Shown one piece after another: positions 1 through 9,814 of a stretch of DNA of 64,000 nucleotides. How positions within the stretch are numbered: the first letter of the stretch is position 1; every line of letters begins with the position of its first letter. The stretch comes from Sedimentisphaerales bacterium (lineage in GTDB: Bacteria > Planctomycetota > Phycisphaerae > Sedimentisphaerales > Anaerobacaceae). Under the pieces are notes generated by a model. That model was not told the origin of the DNA. It did no database searches and saw only the letters and a program-made list of their open reading frames with translations. The translations under genes and the position numbers were made by a program. The stretch is taken from assembly GCA_963708075.1 (NCBI GenBank), contig OY970194.1:1344001-1408000 (forward strand), given 5' to 3'.

Positions 1-29
1 AGCCCAAACCCGTCCCGAAGCAGCCGGCG

Positions 30-959
30 GTGCTGGAATTGTATCCGTTTATCGAGGATAACGCCAAACCGGCGGAGTTGGAGGTGCAGCCTCGGCCCGT
101 CGCCCCGGCAAAGGACTCGAATGAAGCCATCGACCCCAACGCCCCGCCGGGGACGACCGCAGAGCATTCGCTGATCGACACCAAACAGATTGCCAAGGAT
201 CTGGCGGACAGTGCGAAGCAGGTCGTCAGAGACATGGCGAACAAGATGTTCGCGATACTCACGAACGCAGTCCAGGTGATTTTCGGGCTGATTTCGGGCG
301 TGCTGTTTGTCCTGATTTTCGTCGTGTTCCTCCTTGCCGGCCGCAACCCGTACGCAGAGCACTCGCAGGTCTACAAGGATGTCGTGCAGAAGATCGGGCG
401 CTACGTCGGCATCCACTTCGTCATCTCGGCGGTAACCGGCGTGCTGGTCTGGGCCTCGCTCACGATCATCGGACTGCCCCTGGCAGGGGTGTTCGGCGTG
501 GTGGCCTTCGTGCTGAACTGGATCCCCTCGATCGGCTCGATCATCGTGACCCTGCTGCCAATCCCCATCGCAATGGCGGAGTTCCACGACAGCCTCTGGT
601 TGATCGTCCTGGTGGTCGCCGTTCCCGGAGCCATTCAGAACCTGCTGGGCAATATCATCGAGCCCAAGCTGATGGGCGAAGGGCTGGATCTGCATCCGGT
701 CACGATTCTCCTGGCCCTGTCATTCTGGGGGCTGGTGTGGGGGATTGTCGGCATGTTCCTGGCGGCCCCGATCACGGCCGCGATTCGAATCGTGCTGATG
801 CAGTTCGACATGCTCAAACCCATCGGCAACCTGCTGGCCGGCAATTTCGCGAAAGCCCCGGCTCCTGAACCGGAGACGGCCCGGCAGGCGGAGGCGGAGG
901 CTACGCCTTCTTCAACTCCTCCTGAAGCAGTTGAACCTGGCGGCTCTCTTCCCGAATGA
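30..959 (+). CDS. AI-2E family transporter (probably starts upstream of the window)
   Basis: Multiple TM segments with AI-2E motifs 'LNWIPSIGS', 'GNIIEPKLMG', 'LHPVTILLAL..WG..WG..GMFLAAP'. Confidence 0.9.
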   Translation: MLELYPFIEDNAKPAELEVQPRPVAPAKDSNEAIDPNAPPGTTAEHSLIDTKQIAKDLADSAKQVVRDMANKMFAILTNAVQVIFGLISGVLFVLIFVVFLLAGRNPYAEHSQVYKDVVQKIGRYVGIHFVISAVTGVLVWASLTIIGLPLAGVFGVVAFVLNWIPSIGSIIVTLLPIPIAMAEFHDSLWLIVLVVAVPGAIQNLLGNIIEPKLMGEGLDLHPVTILLALSFWGLVWGIVGMFLAAPITAAIRIVLMQFDMLKPIGNLLAGNFAKAPAPEPETARQAEAEATPSSTPPEAVEPGGSLPE

Positions 960-1389
960 TCTTATCGATGGTGTCCCTGCTGGCGGGGTCGCGGGCAAAG
1001 TCCTTCAGGCCCCGGTAGAAGATGACGACTTCGTTGGCGCGGCGGATGGCATCTTTGAGGACCTGGCGAAGGCTCTCCTTGCCGGTCAGCCGGTCGGCGA
1101 CATCCTGGCTGGTCCCGAACCACGTCAGGCCCGCCATAACGGGCGGGTTGGAGTGGACGTAGTCGTCCGGGTCGAAGGTACCGAACTCCCCGGTCTTCTC
1201 CGAGAACCGCTTTCGCATGCGGGCCCAAATCTTCTCGTGCTTGGCTTTCCAGGTGGCCAGGCGGTAGTAAAGGTCACGAATCTGCGGGTCGGCGAATGTC
1301 TCGGCTGCCTGGAGGTAGAATTTGGCCCCCTTGTGCTCGATCTGCTCCGCAATTTGCAGGATTTCGAAGACGTTGAACTTCGTCTCCAT
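901..1389 (-). CDS. Ferritin-like/rubrerythrin family protein
   Basis: 'EILQIAEQIEHKGAKFY', 'WKAKHE', 'IIREESRQ' four-helix pattern; start placed at METKFN; 3' end overlaps the convergent AI-2E gene. Confidence 0.85.
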   Translation of the reverse strand: METKFNVFEILQIAEQIEHKGAKFYLQAAETFADPQIRDLYYRLATWKAKHEKIWARMRKRFSEKTGEFGTFDPDDYVHSNPPVMAGLTWFGTSQDVADRLTGKESLRQVLKDAIRRANEVVIFYRGLKDFARDPASRDTIDKIIREESRQVQLLQEELKKA

Positions 1390-1500
1390 GCCGTGCCTTT
1401 TCGAAACGGATACTGTTGTCTCCCTCAGGAGCCTTGCGCCGGCGCCTCGATTCTGCCGAAAGCCGATACCCGCCTGCGGCATGCAATATCGATATAAGAC

Positions 1501-1528
1501 ATTATAGCCGCTGCCGGTGTCGTGTCAA
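1501..1528 (-). promoter_or_regulatory. sigma70-type promoter of the ferritin-like gene
   Basis: Minus strand TTGACA-N16-TATAAT, perfect hexamers. Confidence 0.75.
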
Positions 1529-1753
1529 CCGCGAACCTGCACGGGCGAATACCCAATTCGGTGACACTACGCTTGTCTGGCAACGCCCGATAATCAGGCT
1601 CCGGAGACTCTCCCCGCCCGGTGGGAAAAACGACTTTCATAAGGCAAAGACTCCTTGTGGTTGTTATATTGGTAGCCGGCCGCTCTTCATTGGCGGTCTG
1701 TGGCAACGCGAAGTGGAACTGAGAGACAACGAGAGTTCGAAAGGAGGAACGCA

Positions 1754-2737
1754 ATGAGTCTGAGAGGCGTATCTCTGGTGATCGTGGTTCTGGCTGCCTG
1801 TGCAATCCCCGTCGCCGCGCAGGAGAAACTCGGTGACTTGGTGGCCCAGGGTGGTTACGACTGGCTGATGGGCCGGTGGGTCGCGACGACCGACCAGGGC
1901 GAGAAGGTGGAATTCCGGTACGACTGGGCGATGGACAAGTACATCGTTGTTGCCGACACCATCATGGGCAACTTCAAGTACCATGGTATCATCATGCTCT
2001 CGCCGAACAGTTACGAGCCGATGGGATTCGGCGCCGACAACAGGGGCGGCCTGTGGAAGGGGACCTGGTCCGAGGACCCCGCCGGGCTGGTCAACAGGAT
2101 CGAGCATACGAGTCCCGACGGCCAGGTGCGCAAGGGCGACATCGTTCACAGCAGAGTGGACGCCGATACGATGGCCGTTGCGATCTACGCCGTCGATAGC
2201 AGCGGTACTCGCAGCAGCGAGCCCTGGACCAAGCAGACCTACAAGCGTCAGACGACGCCGGCGACGGCCGCCGCCTCTGCTGCCGAGCAGAGCGGTGGTT
2301 CATCGGACTACCAGACCCTGGGCGACCTCATCGCACAAGGCGGCTATGGATGGCTCATCGGCAAGTGGGTCGCGACTAAAGACGACCGAACGTACCAGCT
2401 CGAGCACACCCCCATCCTCGACAAGCACGCCGCACTTGTGAATGTGAAGATCGGCGAGTTCCAGTATTGCGGCATGATCACCTATGCGCCCGCGAGCCAG
2501 GAGATTGGCCAGATCGGCGTGGACAACAGGAGCCGCATCTGGAAAGGCACGTGGGAGCAGGGCGATGAGGGAGCGGTGTACAAGGTCGATGTCGCCAGGC
2601 CGGATGGCGCCACGCAGAAAATCCAGATCGTCTACATCAAAGGCGACAACGATACGCTGAAGACCAAAGAGTACGCCGTCGAGGATGGCAAGGCTACGCT
2701 GCGCGACGAGCTGACCTTCAAACGCCAGAAGCCGTGA
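1754..2737 (+). CDS. Secreted protein with two tandem beta-barrel (lipocalin/DUF1579-like) domains
   Basis: AAGGAGG RBS, signal peptide, internal duplication 'LGDLVAQGGYDWLMGRWVAT' / 'LGDLIAQGGYGWLIGKWVAT'. Confidence 0.7.
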   Translation: MSLRGVSLVIVVLAACAIPVAAQEKLGDLVAQGGYDWLMGRWVATTDQGEKVEFRYDWAMDKYIVVADTIMGNFKYHGIIMLSPNSYEPMGFGADNRGGLWKGTWSEDPAGLVNRIEHTSPDGQVRKGDIVHSRVDADTMAVAIYAVDSSGTRSSEPWTKQTYKRQTTPATAAASAAEQSGGSSDYQTLGDLIAQGGYGWLIGKWVATKDDRTYQLEHTPILDKHAALVNVKIGEFQYCGMITYAPASQEIGQIGVDNRSRIWKGTWEQGDEGAVYKVDVARPDGATQKIQIVYIKGDNDTLKTKEYAVEDGKATLRDELTFKRQKP

Positions 2738-2788
2738 CAGAAAGTCACGGCAACCGGCCGGGAGTCTGTTGACGGAATCCGTTCGAGA

Positions 2789-3538
2789 TCAGAACCGGAT
2801 GCGCCCGCCGAACATGTAGATTGGGCCGCTCAAATCGATGCCGGAGTCTTCCTTGTCGAAATCGTACTGGAACTCGAACAGCAACTCCGCGTTATCGCTG
2901 ACGGCCACGTTCAACCCTGCTACAACGAACGGGAAGAATCCGTGGGCGATGGTGTCCGTGCCTTCCTCTTCGTCGATGAGAGTGTGGAATGTGCCGGGGA
3001 AGTGCGGGTCCTCGAAGGTCTCCGCGTACTCGTACTGCCAGTAATCGAGGAACCAGAAGTAGCCGATGCCGGCCCCGACGTAGGGCCGGAGGCTCCTTTC
3101 ATAGCCAAACGGGTACAAGCGGGCGGCCAGCCGGATGTCGAGCATGAAGAGGTCGTCGAGGTAAGACTCTTCGATCAGCACATCCTCATCGATGCTGACG
3201 TAGTCGTCGTCGATCGAACCCAGAGAGGAACCGCCGACGCTGAAGGCCACGTCGACGTAGTCGTCGGCGAACACCGGGCTGGCGATCTCCAACTCCAGTC
3301 TCGCCCGGGTCGTTTTGTCGAGATCGATGGGGTCTTCCACTGTCTGAGCGCCGATCTTCAAGGCGATCCCGGGGCCGGATTGGCCGGCACACGGCGTCGT
3401 CCAGGCGAACGAGGCGGCGAGCGTGCATATTGTGACCGTTATCAGGCTGCCTCGGATTGTGTCGCCACGGGAGGAATTGGTGATGTGGTTCCGGCGAGAT
3501 GCGTGACACCCTCTGCGGATAGACCCTGTTCGTGCCAT
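2789..3538 (-). CDS. Outer-membrane beta-barrel protein (OmpW/OmpA-like membrane domain); start uncertain
   Basis: Amphipathic strands 'LRPYVGAGIGYF', C-terminal 'GGRIRF' with terminal Phe. Confidence 0.7.
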   Translation of the reverse strand: MARTGSIRRGCHASRRNHITNSSRGDTIRGSLITVTICTLAASFAWTTPCAGQSGPGIALKIGAQTVEDPIDLDKTTRARLELEIASPVFADDYVDVAFSVGGSSLGSIDDDYVSIDEDVLIEESYLDDLFMLDIRLAARLYPFGYERSLRPYVGAGIGYFWFLDYWQYEYAETFEDPHFPGTFHTLIDEEEGTDTIAHGFFPFVVAGLNVAVSDNAELLFEFQYDFDKEDSGIDLSGPIYMFGGRIRF

Positions 3539-3671
3539 GCTTTTCATCTCCATCAAGAGACTGAAGGTTTCAGGCCTAATCGTCCGATCTTTCGGCTCCA
3601 CCAATAAAAGGCACCCGCAGGCGTGTCGGTAACGCTCGAAAAGGGCCGAATCGCAAGGTCGGCTCCGACGA

Positions 3672-4220
3672 TTACTGTGGCGGGGGCGAGGATTCGCTGG
3701 GGCGCAGGGTCACGTCGGCCCCGAGGGGGCGGACATCGAGACAGGCGACCAGGAAACGGATGCCGGATTTTGCGTCGCCTGTGAGACGTTCGGCTTCTGC
3801 GGCCAAAGGATTCGGGATGAGACCCACCCATTGCGTTGCCCATGGTGCGCCCCCCGGGATGAATGCTGTCGTGGCTGGGCCGGATGCGTGCGGCCGCCCC
3901 GCCGGCGTCGAGAGAGAGAACAGGACCGCCGCGGCGATGACGAGGCACGCCGCCGCAGCCAGCGCCATGCGGATTCGAAAACCATGATTTGGCGGCTGCA
4001 TACGAGTGACGTGCGGGAGAATCCAGGGAGAGGGTCGTTCCGGGGCTTGCTGCCATCTGTCGGCTTCGGATCTCAGGCGTATGTCGATGGTACGGCAACT
4101 CTGAAGGAATTGCCTGCAACCCGCGCAGTGCGTGACATGCCGCCTTGCCCATCGATTGCCGGGACTGCCGGAATCGGCGGCACTGGAAATCATGAATCGG
4201 AAGAACCAGCAGAGCATCAC
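3672..4220 (-). CDS. Putative zinc-binding anti-sigma factor (ZAS/zf-HC2)
   Basis: HxxxCxxC ('HVTHCAGC') followed by a TM helix; directly downstream of an ECF sigma. Confidence 0.75.
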   Translation of the reverse strand: MMLCWFFRFMISSAADSGSPGNRWARRHVTHCAGCRQFLQSCRTIDIRLRSEADRWQQAPERPSPWILPHVTRMQPPNHGFRIRMALAAAACLVIAAAVLFSLSTPAGRPHASGPATTAFIPGGAPWATQWVGLIPNPLAAEAERLTGDAKSGIRFLVACLDVRPLGADVTLRPSESSPPPQ

Positions 4221-4260
4221 ATGTCTCCTGACATCATTATCCTCCGGGCCTGTGATCGTA

Positions 4261-4814
4261 TCATTTGTCCACGTCCATGGCTTCGGACTGCCTATTCAGA
4301 CACTTCGCCAAGCTCACGCGGGCGCGGTAGAGCAGCACTCTGACGCAGACCTGCGACTTGCCCATTGCCGTGGCGATCTCCTTCACGGACATGTCCTCCG
4401 CATACTTGAGCCACACTACCTGCCGCTGGTAATCCGGCAACTCGGCCACCTTCGCCCACAGGCCCTCCCGTTGCTCCTGCCTGTCGATTTCTTCGTCGGC
4501 GCAGGTCTGTAGACGAAGGCTAAGGGCACTGGATTGCGGCTCTCTTTTGCGTCGTCGGCTGACGGCCAACCGCCTCGCGATCGTGAACAGCCACGTCGAG
4601 AACTTCCATGAATCATCATACCGGCCGAGGTTCTGGTAGGCTTTGATGAACGTATCCTGAACCAAGTCTTCGACTTCATGGCGATCGCGGGTCTTTCGCC
4701 GCAGGAATACGTGCAGCCTGGCGCATACCGATGGACCAGCTCGGCGAACGAGGCCTGGCAGCCTTGTTGGGCCCGCCAGGCCAGTTCCTCCGAATCCAAG
4801 TCCCGCAGCATCAT
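4261..4814 (-). CDS. ECF RNA polymerase sigma factor, split by a 1-nt frameshift near 4719
   Basis: N-part 'ELAWRAQQGCQASFAELVHRY' and C-part 'VQDTFIKAY..FSTWLFTIARR..MSVKEIA..VRVLLYRAR'; restoring one C joins them. Confidence 0.85.
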
Positions 4815-4816
4815 TC

Positions 4817-5785
4817 CTACGGGGTTGTGGTTTGCGTCTGCTGCTGTTGCTTCTTCTGCCATTGCTCTTTCAAAAATGCACCGATGGACTGTGCCGGGGC
4901 CTCAAAGCGCGCCTGAACGATCTTATCGTTACGCACAACGTTCACATTCTTGGCAAGCTCGCTGAGCTTCGGCTGTTCCTGGGCGGCCAACTGGGCCATG
5001 GCCACTACGCCTTGCGCCATCTTCAGGATGTTGTCCGCCACTTCCGGCGACTGGCCTTGCAGCCGCAACCCGATGAAGACCTTCTCCGCAGTCTCGCCGG
5101 CGGCCAGGGAAAGTGACTCCGCCTGCTTGAAGATGGCCGCCTTTGGGTCCTGGCCAACGATGTCGCCAACACCGATGGCGGCAATCTGCAGGAACGTGCC
5201 GCTTTCACCCTGGGGGATCTGATTGAGCAGTTCCGCCGAAGCGCCTGTCCCCGACCCCTTGAGTGTATCCACGGCCCCCTTCAGAGCGTCCAAGCCGATG
5301 CTGATCGCCACCTGCTGTCCCTTGTGGACGTATCCGTACATGAGCTGATCGGCTGACGGGCCCTTCTTCTTGTCTTCATTCAGCCAGCGATAGAGCGTGA
5401 CGTCCTGATAAGAGATCTCCTGGTACTGCGGGTTCCATCGCACAATGCCCAGGAGCTTGTCCACATCGAACTTGCCGTTGAAGATAGCCACGGCGTTATT
5501 GCGATCCTGTCCCTTGCCGTATATTGTCACGCCTCGGATGTCCGTGAGCGGGTTGAAGGAGAATGCGTCTACGAATGGCTGCATCTTCTCCTCGACGCCT
5601 TGGGCTTTCAACTCGGCCAGGAGCAGCTTGCCGATAGCGGAATTGCGGAACGCGTCCAGATCGGCGTGGAGTGTCCAGTTGGCCGTGGGGCCGATCTCGC
5701 TTTTCTGCAATGGAACTGCCATCGCCGGGACGGCCGCCAGACACAGGCCCCCCAGAAGAACGCATGTCAATGCTCTCTTACCCAT
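4817..5785 (-). CDS. Secreted/periplasmic hypothetical protein, first gene of the ECF operon
   Basis: Signal peptide ending AMA, AGGAG RBS, 2 nt from the sigma start. Confidence 0.75.
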   Translation of the reverse strand: MGKRALTCVLLGGLCLAAVPAMAVPLQKSEIGPTANWTLHADLDAFRNSAIGKLLLAELKAQGVEEKMQPFVDAFSFNPLTDIRGVTIYGKGQDRNNAVAIFNGKFDVDKLLGIVRWNPQYQEISYQDVTLYRWLNEDKKKGPSADQLMYGYVHKGQQVAISIGLDALKGAVDTLKGSGTGASAELLNQIPQGESGTFLQIAAIGVGDIVGQDPKAAIFKQAESLSLAAGETAEKVFIGLRLQGQSPEVADNILKMAQGVVAMAQLAAQEQPKLSELAKNVNVVRNDKIVQARFEAPAQSIGAFLKEQWQKKQQQQTQTTTP

Positions 5786-5891
5786 GATTCACTCCTTTTC
5801 ACATTCTACAGGATAGCTGCTGTCCGCACCATAGTCCGGGGCGGACCATGCCGGTCGCCACAAGCGATTTCGCGGCATTTCTACCCCCTTC

Positions 5892-5918
5892 TACGCGCGA
5901 CCTGCTGGAAAGGTTACA
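5892..5918 (-). promoter_or_regulatory. Putative ECF-type promoter of the ECF operon
   Basis: Minus strand TGTAAC-N17-CGTA, matching the AAC/CGT ECF consensus. Confidence 0.45.
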
Positions 5919-6003
5919 GAGCGGGGGCACGAAGTCTTCTCAAGGCTATACAGACATGATATCATCCAGCCGGCTCTTTCAGCCTGAGAAAAAGGAGACG
6001 ACC

Positions 6004-6969
6004 ATGGCACGTAAATTGGGACGGCGACAGGTGTTAGGAGCGGCGGCTGTCGGCACGCTGCTCAATTCCCATTTGGCGCACAGTCAAGCGCAGGGTGCAG
6101 ATTCTGCGGCGGAGCGAGAGGTGCGGCTGGAGTTTCTCCGGCCGAAGGAGATCGACGAGGCTCGCAAGGCGTGTCCCACGATCTACCAGCCGCTCGGAAC
6201 GATCGAATGGCACGGCGTGCACAACGTTGTCGGTGTCGATGCCGTCAAGGCTCATGCGCTCTGCGTTCAGGCCGCCAGGAAGGGCGGGGGGGTCGTTGTG
6301 CCGCCGCTGTACGGGGGCGTGGGCGGTTTGAGCGAGCCCCATACGTTTATCATGGACCCCGAGGACAACGTCTTCTCCAAGCTCCTCCGGCCGTGGCTGG
6401 AACAACTGTGCCGGGAGATGGCCCGTGACGGGTTCCGTGCGATCATCATCCTCACGGGCCATTACGGGGCCGCCCAGCAGATCGTTGTCCGCGGAACCGC
6501 CGTCCGCATGAGCCGGGCACTGGGCATTCCCGTCCTCGGCACGCCTGAATATATGCTGGCCCTGGACGAGGGTTATACCGGCGACCACGCCGCCTGGGGC
6601 GAAACCTCGCTCATGATGCACCTGTTCCCCGGCACCGTCGATCTCTCGCGACTGGGCGAGCCTCCGTATCAGGGCGTCGGCGGCCGCGACCCTAAGCAGT
6701 CGTCCGCCGAGGATGGACGCAGGATCACCGAGACTATCGTCTCGCGATTGGCGACACTGGCCCAGAAGATGCCGACATGGAACGAAGAGACCCTGGACCG
6801 CTTTGTTGATGCGGAGGCAACCCTAGTCGCGAGGCAGCTTTCCGCACCGCGAGGCAGGAACGCGATCTGGACCGCCTGGCGCAATAACGCCACCGCGATG
6901 CGCGACTATGGCAAGCTGCTTGCCGAGGAGCGTTTCGACGAGATCAAGGCCGCTGTCGGACGGCTGTAG
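6004..6969 (+). CDS. Creatininase/creatinine amidohydrolase family protein with Tat-like leader
   Basis: 'PLGTIEWHGVH..GVD', 'LTGHYG', 'DHAAWGETS'; 'GRRQVL' leader; AAGGAG RBS. Confidence 0.85.
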   Translation: MARKLGRRQVLGAAAVGTLLNSHLAHSQAQGADSAAEREVRLEFLRPKEIDEARKACPTIYQPLGTIEWHGVHNVVGVDAVKAHALCVQAARKGGGVVVPPLYGGVGGLSEPHTFIMDPEDNVFSKLLRPWLEQLCREMARDGFRAIIILTGHYGAAQQIVVRGTAVRMSRALGIPVLGTPEYMLALDEGYTGDHAAWGETSLMMHLFPGTVDLSRLGEPPYQGVGGRDPKQSSAEDGRRITETIVSRLATLAQKMPTWNEETLDRFVDAEATLVARQLSAPRGRNAIWTAWRNNATAMRDYGKLLAEERFDEIKAAVGRL

Positions 6970-6984
6970 GTAGGCGCGATCTGC

Positions 6985-8483
6985 TCATCGGACGTCGTAC
7001 CGCAGGAATGACACGAAGGACGCGGCGAAGAAAAGGATATTGAACAGGAGCAGAGCCCCGATGTCCCAGGCCGCAAGGCCCAGAGACTGCCAGAATCGGT
7101 AGTCTCGCTCCTCGAACTTGGGCACGCCGGCGAAATCCACGGGCTTGCCGGAGATCGCCGTCCACTTTTCGACGGAGAATTCAGCATCGAAAAGAAAGTG
7201 CACGCTGTTCGGGTCATCCTCATCCTGATCCAGAATATACTGCCTGAGATCGTCCTGATACTGCCTGGCCTGTCGATACAGGCTCGCACATCGTTGGATT
7301 CCCGTGCCCGCGATTGCCTCAGCGGCGCGCTGGTAGAGCACGATGGGCGATAAGCAGACGGCGTTCCTGCCGGCCTGCGCCTGTGCCAGCATCTGGTTGT
7401 ACAATTGATCCCACAGCCTGCTCATGGCGGCCGCCTTCTCATTGCAGTACCGGGCGGCGGCGGGCGGGTTGACCGAGGGATAGGTGCGGTCTTCCTGCCA
7501 GAGTTCGTGGGCGTTCTTGCCGTACTTGCTGGCCTCGGCGTCATGGTCGAACTGGAGCATCGTATTCAAGAGGCTGTCACGAAACTGGCTGCTCGGCGGA
7601 AGGCGGACGGTGGCTTGTGCGATGATGCTCCCGAAGCTTGGATCAGCACGACCAGGCCCGCCCAGAGCAGCAGTAGAACAACAATGCTGCTGACCGAATG
7701 AGCCACCCGGCTGGAAACGACCATGGCCAGGACGATCCAGAGAAACAGTCCCAGCATCAGAGACCTGGCAGGATACCCGGTGGAGCAGGATATGAGCAAG
7801 CCGCCATTGAAGACCGCGGAAATGAAAAGTAGCGACGCCACGTACATGATCCCCATACGGACCCAGTCCGACGCTGCGAGTTCCACGGCCGGGGAGAGGG
7901 ACAGCATCAGGATGGCCACCAGAAACGCCATCGTCAGGGGCACCGCCAGGGTCATCATGCCCGCGAGGGTCTTGCCGAGCAGTATCTGGTGGCGGGCCAC
8001 AGTGCCCGACGCGGTCAGCAGAAGGGTACCCGCCATGCGCTCACCGGATATGGCGTCGTATGCAATCAGCAGGGCCAGCAGGCTCAGCACCGTTCAGTAC
8101 AGGAGTGACAGGTCCAGGCTTTGCAGGATCGCGAGGCACGGATTGGCGGCAACCGCGCCGCCGCCCAACTCCGGTATGGAGTATCTATCGATGCTGGCGG
8201 AGCTGCTCACCTGGCTTTCAATCCCTCTACTGAAGACCGAAAGCACCGCAGGTGGCCGGTAGACGCGATGATTGCTCATGACGTGATCGTAGACCTTGGA
8301 CGCCATGAGCTCCGCCTCGTCAGCGGCCACGCTGTCGTGGTATTCCTTCCATTGCCGCTCGTAATCGCTCAGTAGAACGGGCATGAGCACCGCCGTCAGC
8401 GCCACAGTGACAATCGTGCCGACGAGGAACCTGAACATCATGAGGTTGAGCAGCAGATCCTTTCTCCCGATCTTCCAGATCAT
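6985..8483 (-). pseudogene. Disrupted ABC-2 type permease (DUF3526-like), apparently a fusion of two paralogues
   Basis: In-frame TGA at 8094-8096, frameshift near 7640, duplicated 'S..L..LW..L' segment; 'YDAISGERMAGTL' and C-terminal 'FLRYDVR'. Confidence 0.75.
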
Positions 8484-8506
8484 GGGCGGCGCCCCCTTGC
8501 TCTTCG

Positions 8507-9781
8507 TCAGTTGAGTTGTAGACCCGCTTCTCTCAGGGCGGCCAGTGCCCGCTTGTGATTCCCGTTATACCCGAGCCACGCATCCACGATCCGGCCTTGC
8601 CGGTCGATGATGCAACTCATCGGCGCAGCCGCTGTCTTATCTCCGTAGCCGTCGAGTACCACCCTTCTGGCGGTTGCGGAACAATCGTGGATCATCGGGA
8701 ATGTCACCGGGTTCTCGCGCAGGAAGGCGCGTAAGATGCGTTCATCATCCGTATAGTTGAGACCGAGGACTGCCAGCCCGCTATCCTTATGCTTTTCGTA
8801 CAATCCCTGGAGACGCCGCATCTCCTCGCGGCACTGGGGCGAGCCACACTGCCACAGATAGAGCCAGATGACCTTGCCGCGATAGTTCGACAGCTTGATC
8901 TTACCTCCGTCGGACGCACACAATTCGAAATCCGGCGCCTCTTGCCCGCTCTTGACAAGCATGTCCTCCGGCTTGGGCATACTCCAGGCGCGGTAATCCG
9001 CCGGCGGCGACCAGGCAAACGTGTCCGGCGGCAGGTCGCCGTTGACGTGGATGTCGGACCATTCTTCCACGGAGATTTTGTTGTCCGCGACTCGCACGAT
9101 CTCCTTGATCCTCCGCGGCAGGTGATCGCGCCTGGAGATCCACAGGTGCCGAGTCCGCTGGGCACCCATGTAGCTGATCTCGATCACATCGCACTTCTCG
9201 CCCCCGACCCTGTTGGTGCCTCGACTGCAAATCCCGTCCATATACGGATCGAACGTGTCCGCGTGGCGGTGGAAAGTGCTTGGATCGAGCACGCATCCGA
9301 ACCAGGCGATCCCGAGCCGGGCGACCTCGCCGGCAACGGAGTCGCTGCCTGACGAAGCTGCTTTTCGGATGTAGACGTTCGAGCTGGTCTTGTCAAAGCT
9401 TTCCTGATCGTCGCACCACAGGTATGGCCGGTCCCCCGACCAGAAGACCCAGAGGTCGTTGCCGTCGCCGATCAGGGTGCTGCGCTTGGAGCTGGGACCG
9501 TTCGTCAACTCGATGTGGAAGAAGCCGGGTTTCGCCAGCCAGACTGTATAGCTTGACTCACGGCTGTCCGAGCCGCTGCAGACACTTACATAGGAGAGAT
9601 TGTCGGCGCCGTGTATCGCCTGGATCATCGCATCGTACACGCCGTGTGCGGCGGGCTCATCCTTCACGATCATCGCGGGCCGCCATCGCTCCGGCGAAGC
9701 GCCGACGACGTAGAGGGCCCAGGCCTCCAGCACAAGTGCCGCAGCGACGATGATCATCCATGTCCGGGTTCTCTTTGCCAT
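8507..9781 (-). CDS. LolA-like/DUF2092 domain fused to a TlpA/redoxin domain
   Basis: 'LWISRRDHLPRRI', 'GQEAPDFEL..GKVIWLYLW..CREEM', 'IIDRQGRI'. Confidence 0.8.
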   Translation of the reverse strand: MAKRTRTWMIIVAAALVLEAWALYVVGASPERWRPAMIVKDEPAAHGVYDAMIQAIHGADNLSYVSVCSGSDSRESSYTVWLAKPGFFHIELTNGPSSKRSTLIGDGNDLWVFWSGDRPYLWCDDQESFDKTSSNVYIRKAASSGSDSVAGEVARLGIAWFGCVLDPSTFHRHADTFDPYMDGICSRGTNRVGGEKCDVIEISYMGAQRTRHLWISRRDHLPRRIKEIVRVADNKISVEEWSDIHVNGDLPPDTFAWSPPADYRAWSMPKPEDMLVKSGQEAPDFELCASDGGKIKLSNYRGKVIWLYLWQCGSPQCREEMRRLQGLYEKHKDSGLAVLGLNYTDDERILRAFLRENPVTFPMIHDCSATARRVVLDGYGDKTAAAPMSCIIDRQGRIVDAWLGYNGNHKRALAALREAGLQLN

Positions 9782-9814
9782 GTGTTCAGTGACGACCTCT
9801 CAAGATTGTGGCTC

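Noticed and set aside
8094..8096. Selenocysteine or recoded TGA
   Set aside because: Not a catalytic Cys position, no SECIS-like hairpin recognised, TGA is a normal stop elsewhere in the window, and the gene has other lesions
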